DNA from: an uncultured Hyphomonadaceae bacterium
GTDB lineage: Bacteria; Pseudomonadota; Alphaproteobacteria; Caulobacterales; Hyphomonadaceae
DNA: 64,000 nt
Direction: 5' to 3'
Assembly: GCA_913057945.1 (NCBI GenBank)
Contig: CAJXOF010000011.1
Location: forward strand, 59,121-123,120
Numbering within the stretch: the stretch's first letter is position 1; every line of letters starts with the position of its first letter. Shown in pieces: positions 48,757 to 58,449 of the stretch. A program made the position numbers and the translations under genes. The notes beneath the pieces are model-generated. The model was given only the letters and a program-made list of their open reading frames with translations. It had not been told where the DNA came from and searched no databases.

Positions 48757-49884
48757 TCAGCCTTCCTCCCGTGAAACCGGCAGTTCGAGGCCGTGCTCAC
48801 GCAGCAGCCGTCCGCGCAAGGCGGATTTGAGATCCTCCGCCACCATCTCTGCGCACATCTCGCGGGCCGTAATCAGCGGTTCCCAGCCGAGATCCTTCAT
48901 CGCAAGGCTCGGATCGCCAAGCAGCGTTTCCACTTCCGCCGGCCGGAAATAGCGCGGATCGACGCGCACGACCACGTCGCCGGGCTTCAAGTCCGTTTTC
49001 GTTGACCCGTCCACGGCGTCCACGATCCCGATTTCCTCGACACCCTGCCCCTCAAACCGGATCTTCAGGCCCAGTTCCGCAGCGGTCCATTCGATGAATT
49101 CGCGTACCGTATACTGCTTGCCAGTGGCGATGACATAATCCTTCGGCTCGTCCTGCTGCAGCATCATCCACTGCATGCGGACATAGTCGATGGCGTGCCC
49201 CCAGTCGCGCAAGGCATCGAGATTGCCCATGTAGAGACAGTCTTCCAGACCCTGCGATATATTCGACATGCCGCGCGTGATCTTGCGCGTCACAAATGTC
49301 TCGCCACGGCGCGGGCTCTCATGATTGAACAGGATGCCATTGCAGGCATAGATGCCATAGGCTTCGCGGTAGTTCACCGTGATCCAGTAAGCATAGAGCT
49401 TGGCTACTGCGTAGGGTGAGCGCGGATAAAAGGGCGTGGTTTCGGTCTGCGGGGTCTCCTGGACGAGGCCGTAAAGCTCAGAGGTCGAGGCCTGGTAGAA
49501 GCGCGTCTTCTTTTCCAGGCCGAGGAAGCGGATCGCCTCAAGCAGGCGCAGCGTGCCGAGGGCGTCGACATCTGCGGTGTATTCCGGCGACTGGAAGCTG
49601 ACCGCAACATGCGACTGCGCGCCGAGATTGTAGACCTCATCCGGCTGCACTTCCTGCAGGATGCGGGTCAGGTTCGAACTGTCACTCAGGTCGCCATAGT
49701 GCAGCTTCAGATTCACGTTCTTCTTGTGCGGATCTTCGAAGATATGGTCGATCCGCTGGGTATTGAACAGCGAGGACCGGCGCTTTATTCCGTGCACTTC
49801 GTATCCCTTCTCGAGAAGGAATTCAGCCAGATAGGAGCCATCCTGCCCCGTGATGCCGGTGATGAGCGCAACTTTCTTCGTCAT
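48757..49884 (-). CDS. gmd: GDP-mannose 4,6-dehydratase
   Basis: [53 protein letters not shown]. Confidence 0.97.
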   Translation of the reverse strand: MTKKVALITGITGQDGSYLAEFLLEKGYEVHGIKRRSSLFNTQRIDHIFEDPHKKNVNLKLHYGDLSDSSNLTRILQEVQPDEVYNLGAQSHVAVSFQSPEYTADVDALGTLRLLEAIRFLGLEKKTRFYQASTSELYGLVQETPQTETTPFYPRSPYAVAKLYAYWITVNYREAYGIYACNGILFNHESPRRGETFVTRKITRGMSNISQGLEDCLYMGNLDALRDWGHAIDYVRMQWMMLQQDEPKDYVIATGKQYTVREFIEWTAAELGLKIRFEGQGVEEIGIVDAVDGSTKTDLKPGDVVVRVDPRYFRPAEVETLLGDPSLAMKDLGWEPLITAREMCAEMVAEDLKSALRGRLLREHGLELPVSREEG

Positions 49885-49983
49885 GACAACGATCCTTCTA
49901 TTCCTGATTCTATAACCGGCAGGTATTGCAACTGCAGGAGCATGACTTCACGAGAGGCCGGTTCGGGTCGAAATGCTGACCTT

Positions 49984-51012
49984 CTAGGCAACCATTTGCG
50001 CTCTCATTTGCAGCAGACGCTCCCTTGATTCGTTCAGCAGGGACATCGGAATATCCAGCCCGGCTATGACTTCGAGATTGAAATAGTTCTCCAATTCGGA
50101 CGGAGTCGGATCGAACACAACGTCGATGAATTCGCTGCCTCCGAAAATGGAAGCATACTTACCATAGACGCTACCTCTAGTTCCAATGATTCGCTGAGCA
50201 CGAACAAAAATCAGGAAGTCAAAGAAGTCACGCTGAATCTTGTGCCCCTTGAACTTAAAATCTGAAACACGCTTGCATTTGTCTTCGCCAAGTCTGAGTT
50301 GAATTTTCTTGGCAACGGTTGGATCGTCTGAAGATACCAGAACTCTACTGTCCTTCAGCACTCCGTGCTCTTCGATTATGTCCAGATAGTGTTGCACAGG
50401 CGCCGTGCGCTTCAGGAGTTGTTGCAGATCGTCGTCGCCGACGCAGCCTGCCTCCAGATTTGACCTCAGCACACGCATGACATCGCCACGACGGACATGA
50501 ACAATCGTGTAGGGCTCGCCAGACAGTTCGGATGATATGGCATCTAGCTGCTTGGTGATGGAGGGTTCGATCGGCAGGGACTTAAACTGCCGGCTCAGGT
50601 CCGAAAGCATATCCCACCGGGACTCATTGTCGAATCTATACCCTACAAGGTCATCAGTAATGAACGTGTCCCCATGCTTGTAGAGGGCTTCCTTCGTTTC
50701 CTCAGGCGTCCTCGCCGGATCGAGCGAAAGCACATCCTTCACAACCCGCAGGTCATGGTTCAGCCACGTCTTGCCGTTCATAATTCTCAGGTCAGAGAAT
50801 TCGTCTCGGGAGTTCAGCTGGAAATAATCGAAAAGCAGGCCGATATCAAAGTCGGTTCCATCGTCGGCGATGTATTTCTTGGTCGTAGGAAGCCAGAGCA
50901 TTACGGTCTGAGCGTCGACTTTTCTCCCAAACCGCCACGCATACATCATGTGACGGATTCTCGATATCAGCCGATCAGTCCGATAAACAAATATCGTTTT
51001 CCGGTGTTGCAT
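49984..51012 (-). CDS. Fucosyltransferase-superfamily glycosyltransferase (GT11/GT23/O-FucT-like), candidate colitosyl/fucosyl transferase
   Basis: VHVRRGD (motif I), LVSSDD (motif II), DFLIF…IIGTRGSVY (motif III); next to the GDP-deoxysugar genes. Confidence 0.72.
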   Translation of the reverse strand: MQHRKTIFVYRTDRLISRIRHMMYAWRFGRKVDAQTVMLWLPTTKKYIADDGTDFDIGLLFDYFQLNSRDEFSDLRIMNGKTWLNHDLRVVKDVLSLDPARTPEETKEALYKHGDTFITDDLVGYRFDNESRWDMLSDLSRQFKSLPIEPSITKQLDAISSELSGEPYTIVHVRRGDVMRVLRSNLEAGCVGDDDLQQLLKRTAPVQHYLDIIEEHGVLKDSRVLVSSDDPTVAKKIQLRLGEDKCKRVSDFKFKGHKIQRDFFDFLIFVRAQRIIGTRGSVYGKYASIFGGSEFIDVVFDPTPSELENYFNLEVIAGLDIPMSLLNESRERLLQMRAQMVA

Positions 51013-51220
51013 TTGACCTCTACAAATCCACCGCCCGTCTCAGACCGCGCACAACTTGGTGTCCAAGTGCGGGCGAGGTCATACGAGCATTTGCTAGAGC
51101 ATGCCGCGCCCTTCGATGCGTGGCTAACGGCATACTGATCGCTAGTCAATCTGGCCGACTGTCGTTCCGACTACGAATGCAGCACCTGCTCGGCAGGCTG
51201 TCGGGATTTATTAGTTAACA

Positions 51221-52177
51221 TCATCCTAAAAACCCGAATCTGTAGACGGCTGGGTCCGTCTGCCGGTTTTCGATCTGCACGGCACCGGGCTGGACGGAGA
51301 TGGATGTCTTGCCGCCTGGACCGGTCGCGCCGGTGAGAGCACCGGTCCCCGCGCTGCTCACGCCAGAGCCTGCGTAGACCTGCACCAACATGCGGGAGGC
51401 AGCCGAATCGAACAGGAACAGCCCGGCATGCAGGGCATTCGGGAAGGTCTCGTCATGCACATGGAAATAGAAAAAGCCCGACACATTCGGTGTCGGGACA
51501 GAGGCAACCGCGTCGGCTGCGATCAATACCTCTCCCGCGCGCAGGGACGGGACGAGCACACTCTCCTCGTTCGGCGGACAGGTCAGCCGGCTCGTCCATG
51601 CACTGCCATCCGGTGAAGTCCGCAGCGCAACCCCCTCCGCGCCAGACAGGCCGAACTCCGCTTCTTCGCTGAACCCTGTCTGAAACAGGATACTGGCCAC
51701 ATCGGTGTCAGCAGCCCGATTGACTTTCAAGCGGTGGTCCTCGCCATCATGGGAAAACAGGCTCGCCGCAGAGGCAACCGCAAACCGGTTGCTGCTATCC
51801 GTGAGAGCGTTGATGCCGAGTTGGTCGAGACCGGTTGCCGCAGCCGCCTGCCACCCAGAGCTGGCAAGCACATCCAGCCGCTGCGCATCCTCCACCCATG
51901 CACGCCATCCCTGAACGGGGGTCAGGAAGCGCCACACGCCCTGCTCCAGCCATGCAAGCTTTCCATCCTCGCCGCTGAAGGCTCCTGTAGCCTCGGCGGG
52001 CACGAGATAGCGGTCTCCGTCAGCCGCTCCGGCCAATGGTTCCAGCTCACTGCGTGAAACCACCGATAGCTGGATGCTCGAATCCAGTATCTGCAGGGAC
52101 TCATTCACGGTGACGTGTTTCTGAGCCTGGTTCGGCATGAGGAACGGCAGGTCGAGGTGTAGGGTTGTATCAGTCAT
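51221..52177 (-). CDS. DUF2793 protein (GTA head-fibre/phage fibre-like)
   Basis: LPFLMPNQAQKHVTVNESL, GDRYLV…A.GAFSG…W.F.TP..GWRAWV, LGINA..D..NR, ASILFQTGFS..AEFG. Confidence 0.82.
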   Translation of the reverse strand: MTDTTLHLDLPFLMPNQAQKHVTVNESLQILDSSIQLSVVSRSELEPLAGAADGDRYLVPAEATGAFSGEDGKLAWLEQGVWRFLTPVQGWRAWVEDAQRLDVLASSGWQAAAATGLDQLGINALTDSSNRFAVASAASLFSHDGEDHRLKVNRAADTDVASILFQTGFSEEAEFGLSGAEGVALRTSPDGSAWTSRLTCPPNEESVLVPSLRAGEVLIAADAVASVPTPNVSGFFYFHVHDETFPNALHAGLFLFDSAASRMLVQVYAGSGVSSAGTGALTGATGPGGKTSISVQPGAVQIENRQTDPAVYRFGFLG

Positions 52178-52309
52178 GAGGCCTCCGACAGGTTACCTCA
52201 TCATATTAGGAGAAGGCCGGAGGCGGTCGGATTCGCGGCGCCATGATTTCCCGCCCGCCTCCGGTGTTCCAACGGATCCGTCCCGCAGGAGGCCGGGCAT
52301 TCGCCAGCC

Positions 52310-54178
52310 TCAATCCTCCGATCCCACCTCCGCCGCCATCGCGTCAAATGCAGCCGGAAAACTGTCCAGCGTGAAGCTCTGCTCATGGCAGTAGCGATAG
52401 AGATAGGCTTTCACGCGGCAGACCCAGTCCGGATCCGCAGCGCCCCCGGCCGACGCATCCAGCGCGGCGGCAAGCTCCGATACGGAACGGACCGGCCAGC
52501 TCACTTCTTCATATTCGCAGGCCCCCAGAGACATAACGGGTTTCAGCCTCAGCAACGCTTCGATTCCAACGCCGGAATTGACCGTCACAATCGCCGTAGC
52601 CTTTTCGAGCAACACGTGAATGGATGTGCGGCTGATGAAGACGCTATCGGAAGTGGCCAGGCGCTCCAGCCGCCGCCGGGTTGCATGCGACCTGTCAATG
52701 GGATGCGCCTTGATCACGAGCTGAAGCCCACGCGATTCAGCCTCGGCCACAAGTGCCGCAAGCCATGTGTCGAGGTCCATGGACGCAAGGCTCATCACCG
52801 TGTCATCCGGAATTTGCAGGGCGACGAGAACAAAGGACTCCGGCAGCGCCTCATCGCTCTCCTGCTGAGTGTATTTTGATCGGCGCTGGTGGACATACGT
52901 TTCCTGCAAGTCACGAAACGCTGCATCGACGACATCCGCCGGAACAGCGTCCGCGCCTGTCGGAGCGTCTCCCTCCCAACCGGAAAATCCTTCGCGGTCG
53001 AACTTGAAATAGCCCGGCAAGGCGCTTTCCTTGAAGTTCAGGAACCGCTGCCTGCGCCTTGAAACCGTGTGATAACTGAGAGTGGGCTGAACATTTTCGC
53101 CGCTCTTTCGGACGTCAAAGATATTGCTTGCGGCAACCGGACAAAAGTAATCGTACTGCCGCGCCACCTGCTGCGCAGCCGCTTTGAAGGCGCCGACAAA
53201 ACTGGCCTGGATCGCATCATGATCCGCCAGCCGCCAGTAGCCTTCGCCCAGCACGCGCAGGCGGCAGGTATCGTCGGCATGGTCAGCCAACCTGGCCATG
53301 TCCGATTCAGCGCCCTGCAACGGAATGACATGCCAATCTTCCTGCAAGGCATTGAACGTCACGAGGTTCAGGATTGTTTCCCAGCCCTTCACGCTGGAAG
53401 GCAAGGTGATGCCTGCGGGAGCGATTTGCCGGCATAGGTCCGGAGGCAGCAATTCGCGTATCCTGTCATACAGTGCCGAACCGTCACGGATCAGCGGAAA
53501 CCCGATCTGCCACATGGCCCTGTGCCGGGCCTGCGGATTAGGTGCGGGCCAACGGCTCAGCCCCTCCAGCAGCAATCTGTGAAACCCGGTCCGGTCCGTA
53601 TCGGGATATCCAAGCGCGTCCGCAATATCCCGCGCGGCGATCAGCTCTTGAATACCAAGCGGTGCCCCACCGGCAAGTTCTGCCTTGATCCACTCGAACG
53701 CCTCGTCGAGCCGGTCAAGCTTCATGTGCCTGCGGGCGAAATAGTAAAGCGGCAAGAAGGCTATCTGCATGGGCAGGCGCGACAGCCGCTCATAGGCGGC
53801 CGCGTAGTTCTGGGCATCCAGATCAGCATGGTACAGGTATTCGTCAATGTTCAGCTGGTGACGGTCGCAAAAGCCGCGAACCGCAGACTCAGCATCATCA
53901 CCGCGCCGGACCTTATCGACCAGGTTCCTGACCTGACCTGCCGATAGGCTGCCATCCAGTACATACGGCGTCAGCCATTGGCCAAGGGCGGTCTGGTTCC
54001 ACTCTCTCTGCTCCCGCCTTCCGTGTCGGCAGAAATGGAAAATGGCCGCAATGGAATCGGCCGGAACGTCTGCATTGGCTTGTCGATAGAGCCCTGTATC
54101 GAACACGCCGCTGCGATACAGGCTGACGCTGGCCAGGACGTCGCTAAGAAGATTTTTCCGGTTCACGATACTGGCCAT
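52310..54178 (-). CDS. Capsule_synth (KpsS/WcbO-like) glycosyltransferase with a long N-terminal region
   Basis: C-terminal LVALQIPDD, VIKAHP, SIHVLL, VTVNSGVGIEALL; N-terminal FD..LY…N.DV…HF..HG..E.R motif. Confidence 0.72.
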   Translation of the reverse strand: MASIVNRKNLLSDVLASVSLYRSGVFDTGLYRQANADVPADSIAAIFHFCRHGRREQREWNQTALGQWLTPYVLDGSLSAGQVRNLVDKVRRGDDAESAVRGFCDRHQLNIDEYLYHADLDAQNYAAAYERLSRLPMQIAFLPLYYFARRHMKLDRLDEAFEWIKAELAGGAPLGIQELIAARDIADALGYPDTDRTGFHRLLLEGLSRWPAPNPQARHRAMWQIGFPLIRDGSALYDRIRELLPPDLCRQIAPAGITLPSSVKGWETILNLVTFNALQEDWHVIPLQGAESDMARLADHADDTCRLRVLGEGYWRLADHDAIQASFVGAFKAAAQQVARQYDYFCPVAASNIFDVRKSGENVQPTLSYHTVSRRRQRFLNFKESALPGYFKFDREGFSGWEGDAPTGADAVPADVVDAAFRDLQETYVHQRRSKYTQQESDEALPESFVLVALQIPDDTVMSLASMDLDTWLAALVAEAESRGLQLVIKAHPIDRSHATRRRLERLATSDSVFISRTSIHVLLEKATAIVTVNSGVGIEALLRLKPVMSLGACEYEEVSWPVRSVSELAAALDASAGGAADPDWVCRVKAYLYRYCHEQSFTLDSFPAAFDAMAAEVGSED

Positions 54179-54468
54179 GTTTCACACTTGCCCCAGCGCT
54201 GCGGCGTCCGCCGGGCCTCCGGCGAATCCCTCCCCGACCGCGAATCGCCTTCAAGATTCCGATTGCGAGTAAAGTCACTTCGCCCTACTGAAGGCAACCT
54301 GCCTGCTGAAGTGTACGGTATTACCGCTCCGGTGGGCCGGTTCACTTGCCATGAGTCGGGGAGTTCATTAGGCGAAGATCAAGGCAGGGTATTTTCGCAC
54401 CGGCATCAGGCAGGACCTGCGTCGGAAGAATATGGGCCCACAGATGTGAGCATCATAATCGGATTCGC

Positions 54469-55479
54469 ATGACCAGTTCCCGACACTCCCCAAAATTCAG
54501 CGTTATTATCGTGAACTACAATGGCGGAGCCTATCTTCAGGCTGCGCTCGACTCGCTAAAAAGGCAAACTGTCCAGGACTTCGAAGTCATCTGCGTGGAC
54601 AATGACAGCACGGATGGATCTGCGGACGGGCTCAACAGCGAAGCTCTGCCGACCTTCGAATTGATTCACGCCGGTGCTAATCTGGGCTTTGCGGCAGCGA
54701 ACAATCTCGCTGCGAAGCAAGTGTCGGGCGAATGGCTATGCCTGCTCAATCCGGATGCCGTAGCTGATCCCGACTGGCTGGAGAAGATAGCAGACGGCAT
54801 CAGCCGCCACCCGGACTGCAACGTGTTTGCCTGCGCGCAATTCGTGCTGGAAGACTCCGCCCACCTGGATGGCGTCGGCGACGCCTACCTCGTCTTCGGC
54901 ATCCCGTGGCGGGGGGGATTCGAACGGCCTGCCACGGAACTTCCCGCCGAAGGCCGATGCTTCAGCCCATGCGGCGCCAGCGCCATCTATCGGCGGGAGA
55001 CATTTGAGACCTATGACGGGTTTGACGAGCGCTTCTTCTGTTATTGCGAGGATGTGGACCTTGGCTATCGCATGCAGCTCGGCGGGGAAGATTGCATCTT
55101 CCTTCCAGATGCCCGGATTGCCCATAAGGGTAGCGGCACATCTGGCCGATACAGCTATTTTACAACCTTTCACGGCAACCGGAACCGAACGTGGACCTAT
55201 CTGAAGAATACGCCATTGTCGTTGCTCATCCTGACGCTGCCGGGACATCTGGCCCTGCTTGGATATATCTATGTCCGGAACCGCGGGGCATTGCCGAATA
55301 CCGGCCTGCAGGATGGCATCCGCGAAGGTTTCAAGACCGGCTGGTCCCTCAGGAAATCAAACGAATACAGGGTGAAAACCCGCCGCAGACCCTTACCCAG
55401 CCTGCTCGCGTCCATGGCCTTCAATCCCTTCCGGATGGCCCACCGAAAATGTCACGTTCGGCCATTGAAGCGCAAGTGA
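54469..55479 (+). CDS. GT2 family glycosyltransferase
   Basis: SVIIVNYN, VDNDSTD, NLGFAAANN, LLNPD, YCEDVDLGYR. Confidence 0.92.
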   Translation: MTSSRHSPKFSVIIVNYNGGAYLQAALDSLKRQTVQDFEVICVDNDSTDGSADGLNSEALPTFELIHAGANLGFAAANNLAAKQVSGEWLCLLNPDAVADPDWLEKIADGISRHPDCNVFACAQFVLEDSAHLDGVGDAYLVFGIPWRGGFERPATELPAEGRCFSPCGASAIYRRETFETYDGFDERFFCYCEDVDLGYRMQLGGEDCIFLPDARIAHKGSGTSGRYSYFTTFHGNRNRTWTYLKNTPLSLLILTLPGHLALLGYIYVRNRGALPNTGLQDGIREGFKTGWSLRKSNEYRVKTRRRPLPSLLASMAFNPFRMAHRKCHVRPLKRK

Positions 55480-55644
55480 AACACCCTCCCTGCACCATGC
55501 TTCGAGAATGTCAGCGGCATCTGATTGAAGACTTGCACTGGCTGGCAAAAACCTTCTAGGAGATACACTTGAGTCTGGGGATATGGTCCTCTTTACGACG
55601 CAGCATAATATTGGCTGGTCGCAGCGAGGCAGTAGAGGTCTTGA

Positions 55645-56469
55645 ATGACGACGACAGTTGAAGGTCTGACACTCCGACGAAAGAATATATTCGCCGAAGC
55701 CTTTGAAGACGTCTTTAGGGGCGCAGGCTATTGGAGGCTGTGGACGGCGCTTGCCTGGCACGCCATGCGCCAGCGTTACAGGCGCTCCTGGATCGGTATA
55801 GGCTGGCTGGGTGTCTCGTTCGCGGTATTCATGACTGTGAAGATCTTTATCTTCGGTGGTTTCATGTCGTCAGACATGGGCTATTATGCCGGACACCTCA
55901 CGATCGGGTATCTTATTTATCGCCTTATCTCGAACGCCGTCACCGGCAGCTGCGCGGTGTTTGTCGGTGCTCAGACATGGATCAAGTCGGAACCGCTGCC
56001 GCTTTCGGTTCATGTCTACAAGATGATGATGAACAACTTCATTATCTTCGCCATCACCGCCGTTCCCGCCCTGGCGATCTGCGCCTATGTGGGCGCCTAC
56101 AATATCATGGCGCTTGTCTGGCTGCTCCCTAGCCTTGCACTTTATGCTTTTACTACGGTGTGCATCGGTTTGTTGCTTGGGGTCATCAGCGCCCGCTACC
56201 GGGATATCATGCACTTTTCACAGACTGCCATGCAGGTAGCCTACTTTCTCTCGCCCATTCTCTGGATTCCTCCGGAAACTGGCCCTCGTGCGATGGCAGC
56301 GTTCCTGAACCCGATCACCCACTATGTCGCCCTGCTGCGCCAACCCATGCTGGAAGGAACGATTCCATTACTGAGCTGGGTTATCAGCCTCTCCTGCTCG
56401 CTTGTTATCGCGCTTCTGGCGATCCTGTTTTTTGCGACGTCCCGCCGCAAGCTGATTTTCTGGTTGTAA
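55645..56469 (+). CDS. Polysaccharide ABC exporter permease (Wzm/KpsM)
   Basis: RYRRSWIGIGW, RYRDI…YFLSPILW, LNPITHY; about 6 TM segments. Confidence 0.9.
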   Translation: MTTTVEGLTLRRKNIFAEAFEDVFRGAGYWRLWTALAWHAMRQRYRRSWIGIGWLGVSFAVFMTVKIFIFGGFMSSDMGYYAGHLTIGYLIYRLISNAVTGSCAVFVGAQTWIKSEPLPLSVHVYKMMMNNFIIFAITAVPALAICAYVGAYNIMALVWLLPSLALYAFTTVCIGLLLGVISARYRDIMHFSQTAMQVAYFLSPILWIPPETGPRAMAAFLNPITHYVALLRQPMLEGTIPLLSWVISLSCSLVIALLAILFFATSRRKLIFWL

Positions 56470-56472
56470 TCC

Positions 56473-57195
56473 ATGGTCTCAATTACCGCGAGAAATGTCA
56501 GCGTAGTCTTCCCAATGGTCGGGTCAGACTCCCGCCATGGCAGCAAGTTGAAAAAGAAAACCGGAAGAGCCGCGACGAGTGTTGGTGGCAAGATCATCCT
56601 GGAAGATGACCACCCCGTCGGTATCCTGGCCCTCGACCATCTTAACCTGAATGTTCGGCCTGGCGATAGAATTGGCATCTTCGGTCCCAACGGATCCGGC
56701 AAGTCGACCCTTCTACGGGTCCTTGGCGGCATCTACCCGCCAACGGCGGGTGAGGTCGAAGTTACCGGTAAGGTATCGGCCATGTTCAGCCTCAATCTCG
56801 GCGTCAATGTTGAGGCGACCGGGCTGGAGAATATCGAGCTGAAGGGGCTGATGCACGGTCTCAAACGGCGCGAGATTGTCGAGCTCATTCCGGAAATCGC
56901 CGATTTCTCAGAACTCGGTGATTATCTGCACCTACCCGTGAAGACCTATTCTTCCGGGATGAGGATGCGGCTCCTCTTCTCTATTGCCAGTGCCCTGAAC
57001 CCGGAGATCCTGTTGCTGGATGAGTGGGTGTCCACGGGCGACAAGAATTTCCGCGAGAAGGTCGATGAGCGTCTTGAAAAGATGCTGGACAATACCCCCA
57101 TCGTGATTATCGCGAGCCACAATGAGAAGCGCATTGAGAACTGGGCTAGTCGCCGGATCCGGATGGACAGGGGAAAAGCCCATATCGAAAGCTAG
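56473..57195 (+). CDS. Polysaccharide ABC exporter ATPase (Wzt/KpsT, no C-terminal CBM)
   Basis: GPNGSGKS, YSSGMRMRL, LLLDEW, ASH. Confidence 0.92.
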   Translation: MVSITARNVSVVFPMVGSDSRHGSKLKKKTGRAATSVGGKIILEDDHPVGILALDHLNLNVRPGDRIGIFGPNGSGKSTLLRVLGGIYPPTAGEVEVTGKVSAMFSLNLGVNVEATGLENIELKGLMHGLKRREIVELIPEIADFSELGDYLHLPVKTYSSGMRMRLLFSIASALNPEILLLDEWVSTGDKNFREKVDERLEKMLDNTPIVIIASHNEKRIENWASRRIRMDRGKAHIES

Positions 57196-57200
57196 ATCTG

Positions 57201-58340
57201 TTGATTGATGCTGACAATTCATCGCGGAATTTCCGGCCGAGACGATTATTCAGGGGCCTCCTGAACTCGCTTTCGGGCGTTCCGGTTTTCAGTGAACTCA
57301 TCTACGGCGCCCGGGATCTGTTGTTGCCCAAGACGCATGGCACATGGTTTGTTTGCAATGTCGCCAGCTGGAAACAGCCCTTCCTGGAGACTTACCTGAA
57401 AGACCTTGGCGCCCGCCGCGTCGAATTTGTCAGCCGGGAAGCGGACAAATATGTCCTGCGCAATCAGTTTTGCACCCATCGCGATGAACAGATCATCATC
57501 TGGGGCGCGGTGGAACCACCGGCGCTTATGGATCATATCCAGCGGCGCAAACTGAAAATCTGGCGCCTGGAGGACGGATTCATCCGTTCGATCGGTCTGG
57601 GCGCCCGCCATATCCCGCCAGCCAGCCTGATGCTGGACCGGACGGGTGGAATCTACTTCCGTTCGGACCGGCCCTCGGCACTGGAGGCATATCTTGCCAG
57701 CCATGAGTTCACCGACACGGAAATTGACGCCGCAAGCAAGGCTCTTGACGCGATCCGTTCTGCCAATCTGACAAAATACAATCTCGCTGAGGACGAGACC
57801 GATTTCGGCATCAGGCCGGAAGACAGGAATATTCTCGTCTTCGGTCAATGCGAGGATGACCAGTCCGTCATTCATGGTAGTCCGAAGATCAAGCTCAATT
57901 CGGAATTGCTGGAACAGGTCCTCCAGGACTATCCGGGCTGCCGGATATTCTTCCGCCCGCACCCGGACGTAGTAGCAGCGCTGCGACCGCAGCTTTCAGA
58001 TATCAGTGTATACGCAGACAGAGTGACCATCATGGACGGCCCCTTTCCCGTCTGGAAGAAGATCAACCTGTTTGAAAAAGTCTGCGTCCTGACATCGCTT
58101 GCCGGTTTCGAAGCCCTGATAAGGGGTGTCGCTGTCCAGACCTATGGTATTCCATTCTATGCCGGCTGGGGCCTGACGGACGATCATGTCACCACGAAAC
58201 GCCGGAACCGGAAGCTCAGCCTTGAGGAAGTTTTTTACGGCGCCTATCTGGCTCAGCCGCACTATATCGAGCCGCAGACTGGTCATTTGTCCAATTTTGA
58301 AGCCATCGTCAGGCATTTGAAAGCAGCGCAGGCCGACTAG
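57201..58340 (+). CDS. kpsC: Single-module KpsC-like beta-Kdo transferase
   Basis: LEDGFIRSIGLG, SLMLDRTGGIYF, KYNL, GQCEDDQSV, RPHPD, TSLAGFEAL, PFYAGWGLTDD. Confidence 0.8.
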   Translation: MIDADNSSRNFRPRRLFRGLLNSLSGVPVFSELIYGARDLLLPKTHGTWFVCNVASWKQPFLETYLKDLGARRVEFVSREADKYVLRNQFCTHRDEQIIIWGAVEPPALMDHIQRRKLKIWRLEDGFIRSIGLGARHIPPASLMLDRTGGIYFRSDRPSALEAYLASHEFTDTEIDAASKALDAIRSANLTKYNLAEDETDFGIRPEDRNILVFGQCEDDQSVIHGSPKIKLNSELLEQVLQDYPGCRIFFRPHPDVVAALRPQLSDISVYADRVTIMDGPFPVWKKINLFEKVCVLTSLAGFEALIRGVAVQTYGIPFYAGWGLTDDHVTTKRRNRKLSLEEVFYGAYLAQPHYIEPQTGHLSNFEAIVRHLKAAQAD

Positions 58341-58449
58341 CGCGCATCCAGTCCTGCGGCTGAAGCAATTTGCAAAATCTGTTGATTTGCAGACCTGTAG
58401 AAAGCCCGTCTATTGCCCCTGATCCCAACATGTAGTCCAGAGTAGTTTC

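Noticed and set aside
51013-51220. Small ghsA-like partner gene or sRNA next to DUF2793
   Set aside because: No ORF with a credible RBS or homology on either side; only weak hairpins.
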